From: Bacteroidia bacterium
Lineage (GTDB): Bacteria > Bacteroidota > Bacteroidia > NS11-12g > UBA9320
DNA: 64,000 nucleotides
NCBI GenBank assembly: GCA_965216465.1
Contig: CBDCFW010000006.1
Coordinates: 960,001-1,024,000 of the forward strand
Direction: 5' to 3'
Part shown: positions 25,748 through 35,222 of the stretch, one piece after another
Layout: every line of letters begins with the position of its first letter
Numbering within the stretch: the stretch's first letter is position 1
Notes under the pieces: model-generated
What the model was told of the DNA's origin: nothing
What the model saw: the letters and a program-made list of their open reading frames with translations, nothing else
Database searches by the model: none
Program-made: the position numbers and the translations under genes

Positions 25748-27577
25748 ATGAGTGACAAAAGTTCAAAAGAGGGGTTAATTGAGGGGTTAAAAAAGCGTAA
25801 AATCAGAGGTTTAAAGGGGGGTGAATTTTTAATAGCCAACCAAGAAGCAGAATCCGTTTTTATTCCTGAAGAGGTAAGTGAGGAACAAACCATGTTTCGA
25901 GAAATGACGAGAGATTTTTTAGAGAAGGAAGTACAACCTTTAAGAGCTAAAATTGATAAACAACTTGAAAATCCAGATTTGATTCCAAAGTTAATGGAGC
26001 AAGCTGCTGAATTGGGGTTGTTAGGTGCGGCACTTCCACAGGAATATGGAGGAATGGAGGTTGATTTCAACACTGAAACCATCTTAAGTGAAGAGCTAGG
26101 CAAATCACAAAGTTTTAGCGTTGCTCTTGCGGCTCACACCGGAATTGGCACCTTACCTATTTTATATTATGGTACCGAAGAGCAAAAGAAAAAGTACCTA
26201 CCCGGCTTAGGAAGTGGAGCGTTGAAGGCAGCATATTGTCTAACCGAACCAGACAGTGGAAGCGATGCTCTTGCAGCAAAAACAAAAGCAGTTTTAGATG
26301 GGGATGAGTGGGTGTTAAACGGTCAAAAGATGTGGATCACCAATGCTGGATTTGCAGATATCTTTACCGTCTTCGCTCAAGTAGATGGTGAGCAATTCAC
26401 CGCATTTATTGTAGAGAAAGATACTCCTGGAATGACACTTGGCGACGAAGAAGTAAAGCTTGGAATTAAAGGTAGCAGTACACGACAGGTATTCTTGGAA
26501 GATGTTCGTATCCCCAAAAACAACTTATTAGGTGAAATAGGTAAAGGGCATAAAATAGCATTCAATGTACTTAATATTGGAAGATATAAGTTGGGTGCGA
26601 TGGTAATGGGAGGCTGTAAGAAAGCCATTGATGTGGCGGTAAACTATGCCAATGAACGCCACCAATTTAACCAGCCGATTTCAAGTTTTGGTGCTATTCA
26701 ACACAAGCTTGCCGAAATGGCAATTAAAACCTATGCTACTGATAGTGCCACCTATCGAATTTCTGATTTAATTCAAGATAAAATTAACGAGTTGGTTGCT
26801 CAAGGTGAATCAAAACCGCAGGCTAAACTTAAGGCGGCAGAAGAATACAATATTGAATGTGCTATTCTTAAAGTTCTAGGTTCTGAAACCTTGGATTATG
26901 TGGTAGACGAAGCAGTTCAAATATTTGGTGGAACGGGTTATTCGGAAGAGTATCCTGTGGCCAGCATGTATCGTGATTCTAGAATCAATAGAATCTTTGA
27001 AGGCACCAATGAAATAAATAGAATGTTGGCTGTTGGGCAAATGCTTAAAAAGGCCATGAAAGGCGAACTTGACTTAATGGGTCCTGCAATGAAAATACAG
27101 GATGAGTTGATGGAAATTCCTGATTTTGGTGATGATGGAGATGGTAGTGCATTGTATCAAGAAAAGAAATCGGTTCAGCAAGCTAAGAAAGCAATCTTAC
27201 TTGCTGCTGGAGCGGCCGCACAAAAGTTTATGCTAGAGCTAGAGAAACAGCAAGAGATTTTGATGAATTTGGCTGATATGGCAATTGATGTATTTACGGC
27301 TGAAAGCACCATTCTTAGAACCGAGAAATTAATTGGTTTAAAAGGTGAGGAAGCATCAAAGCTTCAAATCGCAATGACTAAGTGCTATGTCAACGACGCC
27401 ATGGAAAGAACGCATTTAGCAGGGAAGCATGCATTAGCTGCTTTTGCTGAAGACGACATGTTAATTATGATGCTGATGGGAGTAAAACGTTTTACTAAGT
27501 ACCCAATAACCAATACTATTGCATTAAGAAAAGAGGTTGCGGCTGCACTTATTGAAGCCAACGCTTATTGTTTTTAA
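25748..27577 (+). CDS. Acyl-CoA dehydrogenase
   Basis: YCLTEPDSGSDA, NGQKMWITN, KLGIKGSST, RIFEGTNEI. Confidence 0.95.
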   Translation: MSDKSSKEGLIEGLKKRKIRGLKGGEFLIANQEAESVFIPEEVSEEQTMFREMTRDFLEKEVQPLRAKIDKQLENPDLIPKLMEQAAELGLLGAALPQEYGGMEVDFNTETILSEELGKSQSFSVALAAHTGIGTLPILYYGTEEQKKKYLPGLGSGALKAAYCLTEPDSGSDALAAKTKAVLDGDEWVLNGQKMWITNAGFADIFTVFAQVDGEQFTAFIVEKDTPGMTLGDEEVKLGIKGSSTRQVFLEDVRIPKNNLLGEIGKGHKIAFNVLNIGRYKLGAMVMGGCKKAIDVAVNYANERHQFNQPISSFGAIQHKLAEMAIKTYATDSATYRISDLIQDKINELVAQGESKPQAKLKAAEEYNIECAILKVLGSETLDYVVDEAVQIFGGTGYSEEYPVASMYRDSRINRIFEGTNEINRMLAVGQMLKKAMKGELDLMGPAMKIQDELMEIPDFGDDGDGSALYQEKKSVQQAKKAILLAAGAAAQKFMLELEKQQEILMNLADMAIDVFTAESTILRTEKLIGLKGEEASKLQIAMTKCYVNDAMERTHLAGKHALAAFAEDDMLIMMLMGVKRFTKYPITNTIALRKEVAAALIEANAYCF

Positions 27578-27870
27578 TGGAAAAAGGACTAAGCATATTT
27601 CAGCGTTTAATTAGCTACACCATGTTTATTGCTGTGGTGGTAAAAATTCTGTCGTGCTTAATGACCCGTACATTTAAATCACATAAACAATTTCAGCAAT
27701 ATTGGTTTTTCTCTTTGGGAGGATTGATTGGAATCATAATCGCAATCATTTCGATAACGACTATTGGCAATTTAAACAATTGGATGCTTCTCTACGTCTG
27801 GTTTGGATTCTTTATTCTACTAGAAATTCTAGAACGCAACTTCGTTCTGAGCCAATATTTTGAGGCGTAG
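27577..27870 (+). CDS. Small membrane protein
   Basis: ATG overlaps the upstream stop (taatg); three hydrophobic segments. Confidence 0.55.
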   Translation: MEKGLSIFQRLISYTMFIAVVVKILSCLMTRTFKSHKQFQQYWFFSLGGLIGIIIAIISITTIGNLNNWMLLYVWFGFFILLEILERNFVLSQYFEA

Positions 27871-28030
27871 AAATGTATTTTATAATGACTACAAGCGTGT
27901 GACCGCTAACGAAACATACCCAAAATGTCGTTAAATGCCATAAACATTGTTAAATATGTGCCTTTTTAAGCCAATTTTATTGATTTTAATCTCTTTTGTT
28001 GCATTTATGGGTAGAAGGTTATAAAGTCTC

Positions 28031-28123
28031 TATCTTTGAAGTATTATTATAGTGCTCTTGGCTAAGCATTCCCTCATCTTTAAATTATTATAGTAGGGAT
28101 GCCTAACCTAGAGCTTTTTTTTT
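28031..28123 (+). promoter_or_regulatory. Promoter -7 element and long leader hairpin with U-tract upstream of the NYN gene
   Basis: TATCTTTG at 28031-28038; gctcttggctaagcattccct (28054-28074) pairs imperfectly with agggatgcctaacctagagc (28095-28114); T9 follows. Confidence 0.65.
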
Positions 28124-28125
28124 GC

Positions 28126-28788
28126 ATGAATAAGAAAACTGCAGTACTCGTTGATGGAGCATTCTTTCTAAAGCGTTATAAAACGATTAAAAGAATAAAA
28201 ATTCTAGACCCAACCCGGACCGCAATGGATATGTGGCAAATGTGCCTCAGTCATCTCAGTCAAGCCCAACGAAAAATGGATTTGTATAGGATTTTTTACT
28301 ATGACTGTTTGCCATATGAGAAAAAGCAACACAATCCAGTTTCAGGAAAGTCCATTGATTTCAAAAAGACAAAACAGCATGCATTTAGAATTGCCTTCTT
28401 TGAAGAACTAAAGAAAAAAAGGAAAATTGCATTGAGACTAGGGACTATTGATGAAGGTCACAAGTGGGTAATTAGTCCTTCTAAAACAAAAGAGCTTCTT
28501 AAAGGGATCATAGATGTACAAGATTTAACAGATGACGACGTCTCTTTTGACCTCAAACAGAAAAGAGTTGACATGAAAATTGGTCTCGATATTGCCACAA
28601 TCACATTGAAGAAGCAAGTAGATCAAATAGTCCTGGTTTCTGGTGACAGTGATTTTGTTCCTGCGGCTAAACTTGCTCGGAGAGAGGGTGTAGATTTTAT
28701 TTTAGATCCTATGTACAACTGGGTTAAACCTCACCTCTTTGAGCATATCGATGGGATGTCTACTCGAATTAAGTCAACACAGGCATAA
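28126..28788 (+). CDS. NYN-domain (LabA/DUF88, PIN-like) ribonuclease
   Basis: AVLVDG, RIFYYD, QKRVDMKIGLD, LVSGDSDFVPA..ARREG. Confidence 0.9.
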   Translation: MNKKTAVLVDGAFFLKRYKTIKRIKILDPTRTAMDMWQMCLSHLSQAQRKMDLYRIFYYDCLPYEKKQHNPVSGKSIDFKKTKQHAFRIAFFEELKKKRKIALRLGTIDEGHKWVISPSKTKELLKGIIDVQDLTDDDVSFDLKQKRVDMKIGLDIATITLKKQVDQIVLVSGDSDFVPAAKLARREGVDFILDPMYNWVKPHLFEHIDGMSTRIKSTQA

Positions 28789-28838
28789 GTTCCTCTTATG
28801 CCAATATTTTGAGGTGTAGGACGTTATCTTTGTGCAAC

Positions 28839-29918
28839 ATGAAAGCGACCTTTCTTACTCTGTTTTGTGGTTTTTTAAGCTACAGCTGTGTGGCCCAAAC
28901 AAACATCAACTTTAAAACAAATTTGGCATTTTTTGAAGATCGAATTTCAGATTTTAACGAGCTACTCTGGAATGCCGCTCTTGAAGGCAAAATTGATGCG
29001 TATGCCAACGACTCTTTTACTAGCAAGGCTTCAAATATGCAAATCTTAGATATGGCAGCGGATATTCATTCTATCGAGATTGAAAATGGATTAGAGAGAA
29101 TGCACACTGACAATGATTCGAACATTGGTCTTTTAGTCGAGAAAATAGAAATATCCAGTCTGGAAAAATTATATGACGAAATTGAGCTAGGTTTATGTTA
29201 TGAGATTGAGTTGAAGAACGGGTTTATAGGCTACACACTACAAGGTATTGCACTTCAGACAGACGTGGTTTTAGGAGAGGGAATTGAAGTAAGTTCATAC
29301 CCACTATTTTGGGTTAAGTTTGAAGATCTTAGCGTAGTTCTGAATGCAGACGAGATGAAGTTCTATTCAGCACTTTTTGCGGTTCGAGCATCTATCGGAG
29401 ACTTTATGGGGGCTTACAGTTCGAAAGAAGACACAATAAGTGATATTGCTGAAAATCTAGAATATACTCTCTTGGAAAAGGACAAACTGCATCAAAGTTT
29501 TGAGGTAAGGCATGATTCCATTATAGCAATGTACTACGCCAAGGTAATTCCCCATGCTTGTGCATTGCATTATGAAAACACTGGAGATTTTTTTAAGGAC
29601 GCAAGCCTTCTCAACGTGCATAAAAACTTGGATCTTGTCTTAACGTATGAGGAGGTGTATCCTGTGAGTAACCCAGACTTTCCTGAGGACCCTTATGATA
29701 TAGTAATGATGACCGTACGTCAAAAAATCGATATTCGAACTATTGATTCAGTCCAGTATTTTAAGCAAGATAAAAGACATATATTCAGTCTAACTATTCC
29801 GAATTTTTCTTCAGACGCAGCGGATATGATGTTTGTGAACTATGAAGATATAAAGCAATATATATCTTCAATGGATCAAGTATTGATCCGAAATCTAATC
29901 AGTGATCAATCTAATTAA
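28839..29918 (+). CDS. Exported hypothetical protein, weakly GldN/PorN-like
   Basis: Signal peptide; AALEGKIDAYANDSFT and GIAL...PLFWVKF recall GldN motifs. Confidence 0.45.
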   Translation: MKATFLTLFCGFLSYSCVAQTNINFKTNLAFFEDRISDFNELLWNAALEGKIDAYANDSFTSKASNMQILDMAADIHSIEIENGLERMHTDNDSNIGLLVEKIEISSLEKLYDEIELGLCYEIELKNGFIGYTLQGIALQTDVVLGEGIEVSSYPLFWVKFEDLSVVLNADEMKFYSALFAVRASIGDFMGAYSSKEDTISDIAENLEYTLLEKDKLHQSFEVRHDSIIAMYYAKVIPHACALHYENTGDFFKDASLLNVHKNLDLVLTYEEVYPVSNPDFPEDPYDIVMMTVRQKIDIRTIDSVQYFKQDKRHIFSLTIPNFSSDAADMMFVNYEDIKQYISSMDQVLIRNLISDQSN

Positions 29919-30582
29919 TCGACAACAATTCAATCTCAAAGATCAAAGTTGAATAAGGAGGGATTTTTGGTCCCATAGCACGACTGCCATAGGCCAAATC
30001 TTGTGGGATGTATAATATCCATTTTGATCCTACCGGCATCATTTGTAGCGCTTCGGTCCAACCCTTGATAACGCCAGTAACATTAAAGTTTAAGGGCTTC
30101 CCTTTTTCGTAGCTGCTATCAAATACCTTTCCATTCAGCAATGTACCGTGATAGTGGGTTGTTACATTCGATGTAAGTGTAGGAATAGGGCCATCTCCTT
30201 GGCGAATTACCTTGTATTGCAGCCCACTTGGAGTAACATGAACATCTTTATTTTTGGCATTCTCTGCTAAAAAATCAATTCCAACCTGAATTGCATCCTT
30301 TGCCGCTTCTTCTTGCTTTTTCTTAACAAAATTTTGAACAATCATGTTAGCGTTAGCCGCATCCATCATGGCGTGGTTCTCTATCATAACATCTTGTACT
30401 GCTTGCACAAACGCTTCAAAATTTAGACTGTCAATACCGCCAGATTTCATGCTGCTTGCTATGTTCATTCCGATGGCATATGAGACGCTGTCGACGTCAT
30501 TTTCTAGGTCAATATGAGTGTGCTGAGCTTGGAGTCCAAAGGCCGTTAATAATCCTATTAAAAGGAAAGTAAATTTTTTCAT
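29911..30582 (-). CDS. FKBP-type peptidyl-prolyl isomerase
   Basis: DSVSYAIG, SGLQYKV, HYHGTL..G.VFDSS, VIKGWTEAL, IPPYSTLIFEIEL. Confidence 0.95.
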   Translation of the reverse strand: MKKFTFLLIGLLTAFGLQAQHTHIDLENDVDSVSYAIGMNIASSMKSGGIDSLNFEAFVQAVQDVMIENHAMMDAANANMIVQNFVKKKQEEAAKDAIQVGIDFLAENAKNKDVHVTPSGLQYKVIRQGDGPIPTLTSNVTTHYHGTLLNGKVFDSSYEKGKPLNFNVTGVIKGWTEALQMMPVGSKWILYIPQDLAYGSRAMGPKIPPYSTLIFEIELLSIN

Positions 30583-30634
30583 CGCCCAAATATAACGTTG
30601 TTCGGTTAGGACTAGTATTTAGTTTCGATGAATA

Positions 30635-31705
30635 CTAATTTTCTACTCCTGAACTGATTGGTGTAGAATTTTCTAGAGTGAGAAACATTCTAGAATTGAA
30701 CTTTTGAATCACCCGTTGAATATTAGCCATAGAACCAAAGCAATGATCGAGCACCAAAGGAGTGTCGATGAAAGTATAAAAAGGATAGGGTGTTTCGGTA
30801 ATGTCTCCTTTGCTATCCAATAAATAAATTCCAGTGGTTTCTGGATCTCCTTCGCTGGCATAATACCGGCCAATTACGGCAAAATGAATAGCATCTCCTC
30901 GTTTTTGTACCTCTGCTATTTCAGCATCTTCAAGCACTTTGAAATTTGAAAATTTATAGTTCTCGCTTAACATTGAATCCAACTGATCATTAGATAATTT
31001 GCCTTCACACGTTCGATTGATAAAATACAAGGTATCATGCTGTAACGCAGACAAAGTAGGGTAGCATACATCGTATTTGTTGCTATAATCCCATCGCTTT
31101 CCCAGGTTAATATTTAAACCAAGCGAAAGGTTGTGAGGCTGGGCGTCGAGAACTCCACCAATTTCATCCTGATTTAGAAAGTAAGTGTATCCAATTTCTA
31201 AAGCAGACTTATCGTTCAGATTAAATCGGAAGGCAGTATAAACTCCGCTGGAAAAACGGTTATCCAATGTTTTAGTAATGTCTTCAAAATTGGGTCCTGC
31301 TGGATTTTTTAAGCCCAAAAAATTCGATGTTGCGTATAAGGTAAAACTAGGTTTGTAGCCAATAATAATGTTGCTGTAACCGAGTTTTTCTGATGTTAAA
31401 CCCAGTCCGAGAAGTAGGTTCACATTATCAGTATTGTATCGAAATGGATCCGACTCGTATCCGTATCGAGCGTAACCTAAACTGCTAAATATTTTGTATG
31501 GAGAATGGTGAAGATCAATGGTCGAAAACAAATCTAATTCGTAGCCAATAGCACCAAACTTATCTCCACTTGAAATTGTAGGAACGTTTAGCTTAGGTGT
31601 TAGACCGTAGCTAAATCGATCTTTCAAATCTCTGTGTTCATTATCTTGCCCCAAAGCACTGGTCAGCGTGAAACAAACCACAGCTATTAGCGGTAAAACT
31701 CTCAT
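30635..31705 (-). CDS. Exported hypothetical protein, N-terminal beta-barrel-like region
   Basis: Signal peptide; alternating aromatic/Gly beta-strand pattern in the first ~200 aa. Confidence 0.55.
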   Translation of the reverse strand: MRVLPLIAVVCFTLTSALGQDNEHRDLKDRFSYGLTPKLNVPTISSGDKFGAIGYELDLFSTIDLHHSPYKIFSSLGYARYGYESDPFRYNTDNVNLLLGLGLTSEKLGYSNIIIGYKPSFTLYATSNFLGLKNPAGPNFEDITKTLDNRFSSGVYTAFRFNLNDKSALEIGYTYFLNQDEIGGVLDAQPHNLSLGLNINLGKRWDYSNKYDVCYPTLSALQHDTLYFINRTCEGKLSNDQLDSMLSENYKFSNFKVLEDAEIAEVQKRGDAIHFAVIGRYYASEGDPETTGIYLLDSKGDITETPYPFYTFIDTPLVLDHCFGSMANIQRVIQKFNSRMFLTLENSTPISSGVEN

Positions 31706-31878
31706 CTTGCAAAGCTATTATATTGTGCAATTTATTACGCTTTGAAATTTGCTAATGTCAATATGGGTTAATAAATGACTTCCGTACTTGCAGTTCGGTA
31801 CAGAAATTCTAATTTTGTCGTGGATTTCTAATATAGAATTAGAGGGGAGGTGTTTTTAACAACTAATTGAAAATAATC

Positions 31879-32970
31879 ATGAGAAAGTATAACATAATTG
31901 GTGTTATGTCTGGAACTTCTATGGATGGTTTAGACATTGCTCACGTAACTCTTGAAGAGCTCGAGTTAGGCAAGTGGGATTACACCATAAACAAGGCTAC
32001 TACGGTTAGCTATGGAGAAAAATGGAGGCTTAGACTATCTAAACTTAGACATCAAAATTCGTTGGTATTTCACAAAACCGACAGATTCTATGGACAGTTT
32101 ATAGGCCAAGAGATAAAAAAGTTTTTAAATGAAAATAGCTTAGAGGCAGATTTAATTGCGTCTCACGGACACACGGTGTTTCATCAACCCGACAACAACA
32201 TTACTGTTCAAGTAGGAGATGGAAATAGCATCTATGCGTATACAGGAATTCCTACTGTTACAAACTTTAGAGCTTTGGATGTCGTTCTAGGTGGAGAAGG
32301 TGCACCACTTGTCGGAGTTGCTGACCAATACATGTTTGGTGAGTTTGATATGTGCCTTAACCTAGGTGGATTTGCCAATATCTCGACCAACATAAACGGC
32401 AATAGAATTGCATATGACGTTTGCCCTTGTAACATTGTTTTAAACAGAATTGCAAGAGAGTTCGATAAGGAGTATGATGAAGATGGAGCTATCGCAGAAA
32501 GAGGTAACATTGATTACGACTTACTATCTGACCTAAATAACATTGAGTATTATGAATATGAACCACCAAAGTCTCTTGGGCGGGAGTGGATTAGCTCAAA
32601 CTTCTGGCAAAATGTAAGAAGCAGTGTTGCTAAAAAAGAAGATAAAATGAAAACCCTTGTTGATCATATTGCTCAACAAATCGGAAATAACATTGAAGAC
32701 CTGTCAAGCGAAGATGCAAGTGGAAGACGTGTATTGGTTACTGGAGGAGGAGCATTCAACAAAACGTTGATATCGCACCTAAGAAGCCACACGGAAGCAG
32801 AAATTGTGGTGCCTGATGAAATGGTAGTAAACTACAAAGAAGCATTGGCATTTGCTCTGCTAGGAATGCTTCGGGTTCAAAATAAAATTAATGTATTATC
32901 AATCGCCACAGGTGCAACCAGCGACACGGTTTCTGGTTCTCTTTATGGCGACTTTTCTAAACTGAAATAA
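31879..32970 (+). CDS. anmK: Anhydro-N-acetylmuramic acid kinase
   Basis: GVMSGTSMDGLD, SHGHTVFHQP, GGEGAPLV, NLGGFAN, KEALAFA. Confidence 0.95.
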   Translation: MRKYNIIGVMSGTSMDGLDIAHVTLEELELGKWDYTINKATTVSYGEKWRLRLSKLRHQNSLVFHKTDRFYGQFIGQEIKKFLNENSLEADLIASHGHTVFHQPDNNITVQVGDGNSIYAYTGIPTVTNFRALDVVLGGEGAPLVGVADQYMFGEFDMCLNLGGFANISTNINGNRIAYDVCPCNIVLNRIAREFDKEYDEDGAIAERGNIDYDLLSDLNNIEYYEYEPPKSLGREWISSNFWQNVRSSVAKKEDKMKTLVDHIAQQIGNNIEDLSSEDASGRRVLVTGGGAFNKTLISHLRSHTEAEIVVPDEMVVNYKEALAFALLGMLRVQNKINVLSIATGATSDTVSGSLYGDFSKLK

Positions 32971-34214
32971 TGGAAAAACTCCTTAAAAAATTCGAAAACA
33001 AACAACCTGAAATTGTTTTTGAGTGGAAAGACTCAGAAACAGAAGCAGAAGGATGGGTTGTAATTAACTCTCTTCGTAATGGTGCTGCCGGAGGTGGTAC
33101 GAGAATGAGAAAAGGCTTAGATAAGCGAGAAGTTGAATCGCTTGCTAAAACAATGGAAATTAAATTTACTGTGGCAGGACCTGCTATAGGCGGAGCAAAA
33201 TCAGGAATTAATTTCGACCCCTCTGACCCACGTAAAGAAGGTGTACTAAGAAGATGGTACAAAGCTGTGGCTCCACTTCTTAGAAATTACTACGGAACTG
33301 GAGGTGATATGAATGTTGACCAATATGCTGAAGTTATCCCTTATACTTCTGACCTTGGTGTTCTTCACCCTCAGGAAGGAGTTGTAAACGGTTACTTCAC
33401 CGAATACTCGAAAGTTGATAAGCTTCAAGCAATTACCCGTTTACAGACTGGGGTTCTTTTACCGATTGTGGATGAAAGATTCACGCCAAATATTTCAAAG
33501 CGATATACCATATCAGATATGATCACAGGATGGGGAGTAACAGAAGCTATTCGTCATTACTATGATATCTGGGGAGGAATTCTTCCAGGAAAAAGAGCCA
33601 TTATTCAAGGATGGGGTAACGTTTCAGCAGCGGCGGCATTCTACCTTGCGAAGCATGGCGTTAAGATTATCGGAATTATCGATAGAGTTGGTGGAGTAAT
33701 CAACATGGAAGGTTATGGAGAAGCAGAGATAACTGAAATGTTCATCAACAGAAATGGAAATTCATTAAACCTAGAAGCTCTAGGTGATGCAGCCTTGAGT
33801 TTTGAAGAAGCCAACGAGAAGATTTGGAGCCTAGGTGCAGAGATTTTTGTTCCTGGTGCTGGATCACGTTTAGTTACAAAAGAACAAGTTGATCAACTCA
33901 TCGACGGTCAAGCAGAAGTTATTAGCTGTGGAGCAAATGTTCCGTTTGCTGACCAAGAAATCTTTATGGGACCAATTTCGATGTACGCTGACGACAACAT
34001 CGCAGTAATTCCAGATTTCGTAGCGAACTGCGGAATGGCAAGAACCTTTGGTTATCTTATGTCAGAAAATGCAGAAGTTGAAGACGTTTCGATTCTAAAA
34101 GATTCAACAGAAACTATTCATAGGCAAATGTTAAAACTACACCAGTTCAATCCTAAACATACAGGATTAAGTAAGAAAGCTCTTGAGCTAAGCTTAACAG
34201 AATTGGTTAAATAA
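32970..34214 (+). CDS. Glu/Leu/Phe/Val dehydrogenase family protein
   Basis: GGGTRM, GGAKSG, QGWGNV, GANVPF, IPDFVANCG. Confidence 0.9.
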   Translation: MEKLLKKFENKQPEIVFEWKDSETEAEGWVVINSLRNGAAGGGTRMRKGLDKREVESLAKTMEIKFTVAGPAIGGAKSGINFDPSDPRKEGVLRRWYKAVAPLLRNYYGTGGDMNVDQYAEVIPYTSDLGVLHPQEGVVNGYFTEYSKVDKLQAITRLQTGVLLPIVDERFTPNISKRYTISDMITGWGVTEAIRHYYDIWGGILPGKRAIIQGWGNVSAAAAFYLAKHGVKIIGIIDRVGGVINMEGYGEAEITEMFINRNGNSLNLEALGDAALSFEEANEKIWSLGAEIFVPGAGSRLVTKEQVDQLIDGQAEVISCGANVPFADQEIFMGPISMYADDNIAVIPDFVANCGMARTFGYLMSENAEVEDVSILKDSTETIHRQMLKLHQFNPKHTGLSKKALELSLTELVK

Positions 34215-34238
34215 TATTTCGAAAAATTAAATATTTAG

Positions 34239-34264
34239 AAGGGCGGCTTTGGTCGCCCTTTTTT
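34239..34264. terminator. Intrinsic terminator between convergent genes
   Basis: aagggcggc-tttg-gtcgccctt-tttt. Confidence 0.8.
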
Positions 34265-35222
34265 AGTAACCTATAATACTTTGGGTCTTGGCTCCGATTG
34301 GATGCTGATTTGCGGCCAAACGTGCATATTCCTTAGCCTGTTCGCTATCGCCTTTTCTTTCAGATGCTACTGCCAAATTGTGATATAATTTAGCCAGCTT
34401 TTTACGTTTCTTTTCGCGTTTAATTCCTTTAAGCCATTGTTCTTCGGCCTCATCCCAGTTGTCGTCTCGAACAAGAACAATACCTTTTTCAAGGAATGTA
34501 TTTCCTGAAATGTAGAGCTCACGAGTGGTGTAATAATTAATTGGAGAAACTTTTGCAGCATACATTCTTCCATATTTAGCTCCTAGGTTGTTCATTTCTC
34601 TTCTGAAATTGTTTTCAAGCAGTTGGGTTGCCGCCATTCTTGAAAGTGCTTCTCCTTCATAGAAATAATTGTCTGTGTACACTTCCTCATCCAAAACTCT
34701 CCCTGTTGCAACCTCATACAATCTCCACCCCATAGTGATGTCGATTGATCTCCGCCCAACGTAATAATCTACTTCTTTAAACACTCTATCGGCAATACGT
34801 TCTTTTCTGATTTCAATCGTGTAATTATCTCGAATTTGTTGATCCCACATCTCAAGCGAAATGGCTAACCCCGGATTGTTAGGCAAACCTTGAAGGTCAC
34901 CTGCGGTTAATGAGTCATGAAATCTGCCATTGGCACGTTGCATGTTAAACTGTCTAGTATAAGCACTAAAGTATCTTCGTCTTCTAATCTCAGATTGCAC
35001 ACCAGAAATTGCTCCATTTATCGCAAAAGGGGTATTTGGAATAACATAGCCATTCACATCTTGTTGTGTAATCGGCGGAGAAATACGGTTAAGTATTGCG
35101 ATTTGTTTATTCGTTTCTGGAAGAACCAGCTGAGTTTCAGAGGTGCCGGTTTGATACGAAACATTTTGTACTCCACAACCCATTATAAAAAATGGAAGTA
35201 GGGCTAATATCTTTTTTATCAT
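34263..35222 (-). CDS. Lipoprotein with C-terminal TPR (DUF6340-like)
   Basis: Lipobox IMGC; W.EAEEQW...YHNLAVASE..GD...A..YA TPR. Confidence 0.65.
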   Translation of the reverse strand: MIKKILALLPFFIMGCGVQNVSYQTGTSETQLVLPETNKQIAILNRISPPITQQDVNGYVIPNTPFAINGAISGVQSEIRRRRYFSAYTRQFNMQRANGRFHDSLTAGDLQGLPNNPGLAISLEMWDQQIRDNYTIEIRKERIADRVFKEVDYYVGRRSIDITMGWRLYEVATGRVLDEEVYTDNYFYEGEALSRMAATQLLENNFRREMNNLGAKYGRMYAAKVSPINYYTTRELYISGNTFLEKGIVLVRDDNWDEAEEQWLKGIKREKKRKKLAKLYHNLAVASERKGDSEQAKEYARLAANQHPIGAKTQSIIGY

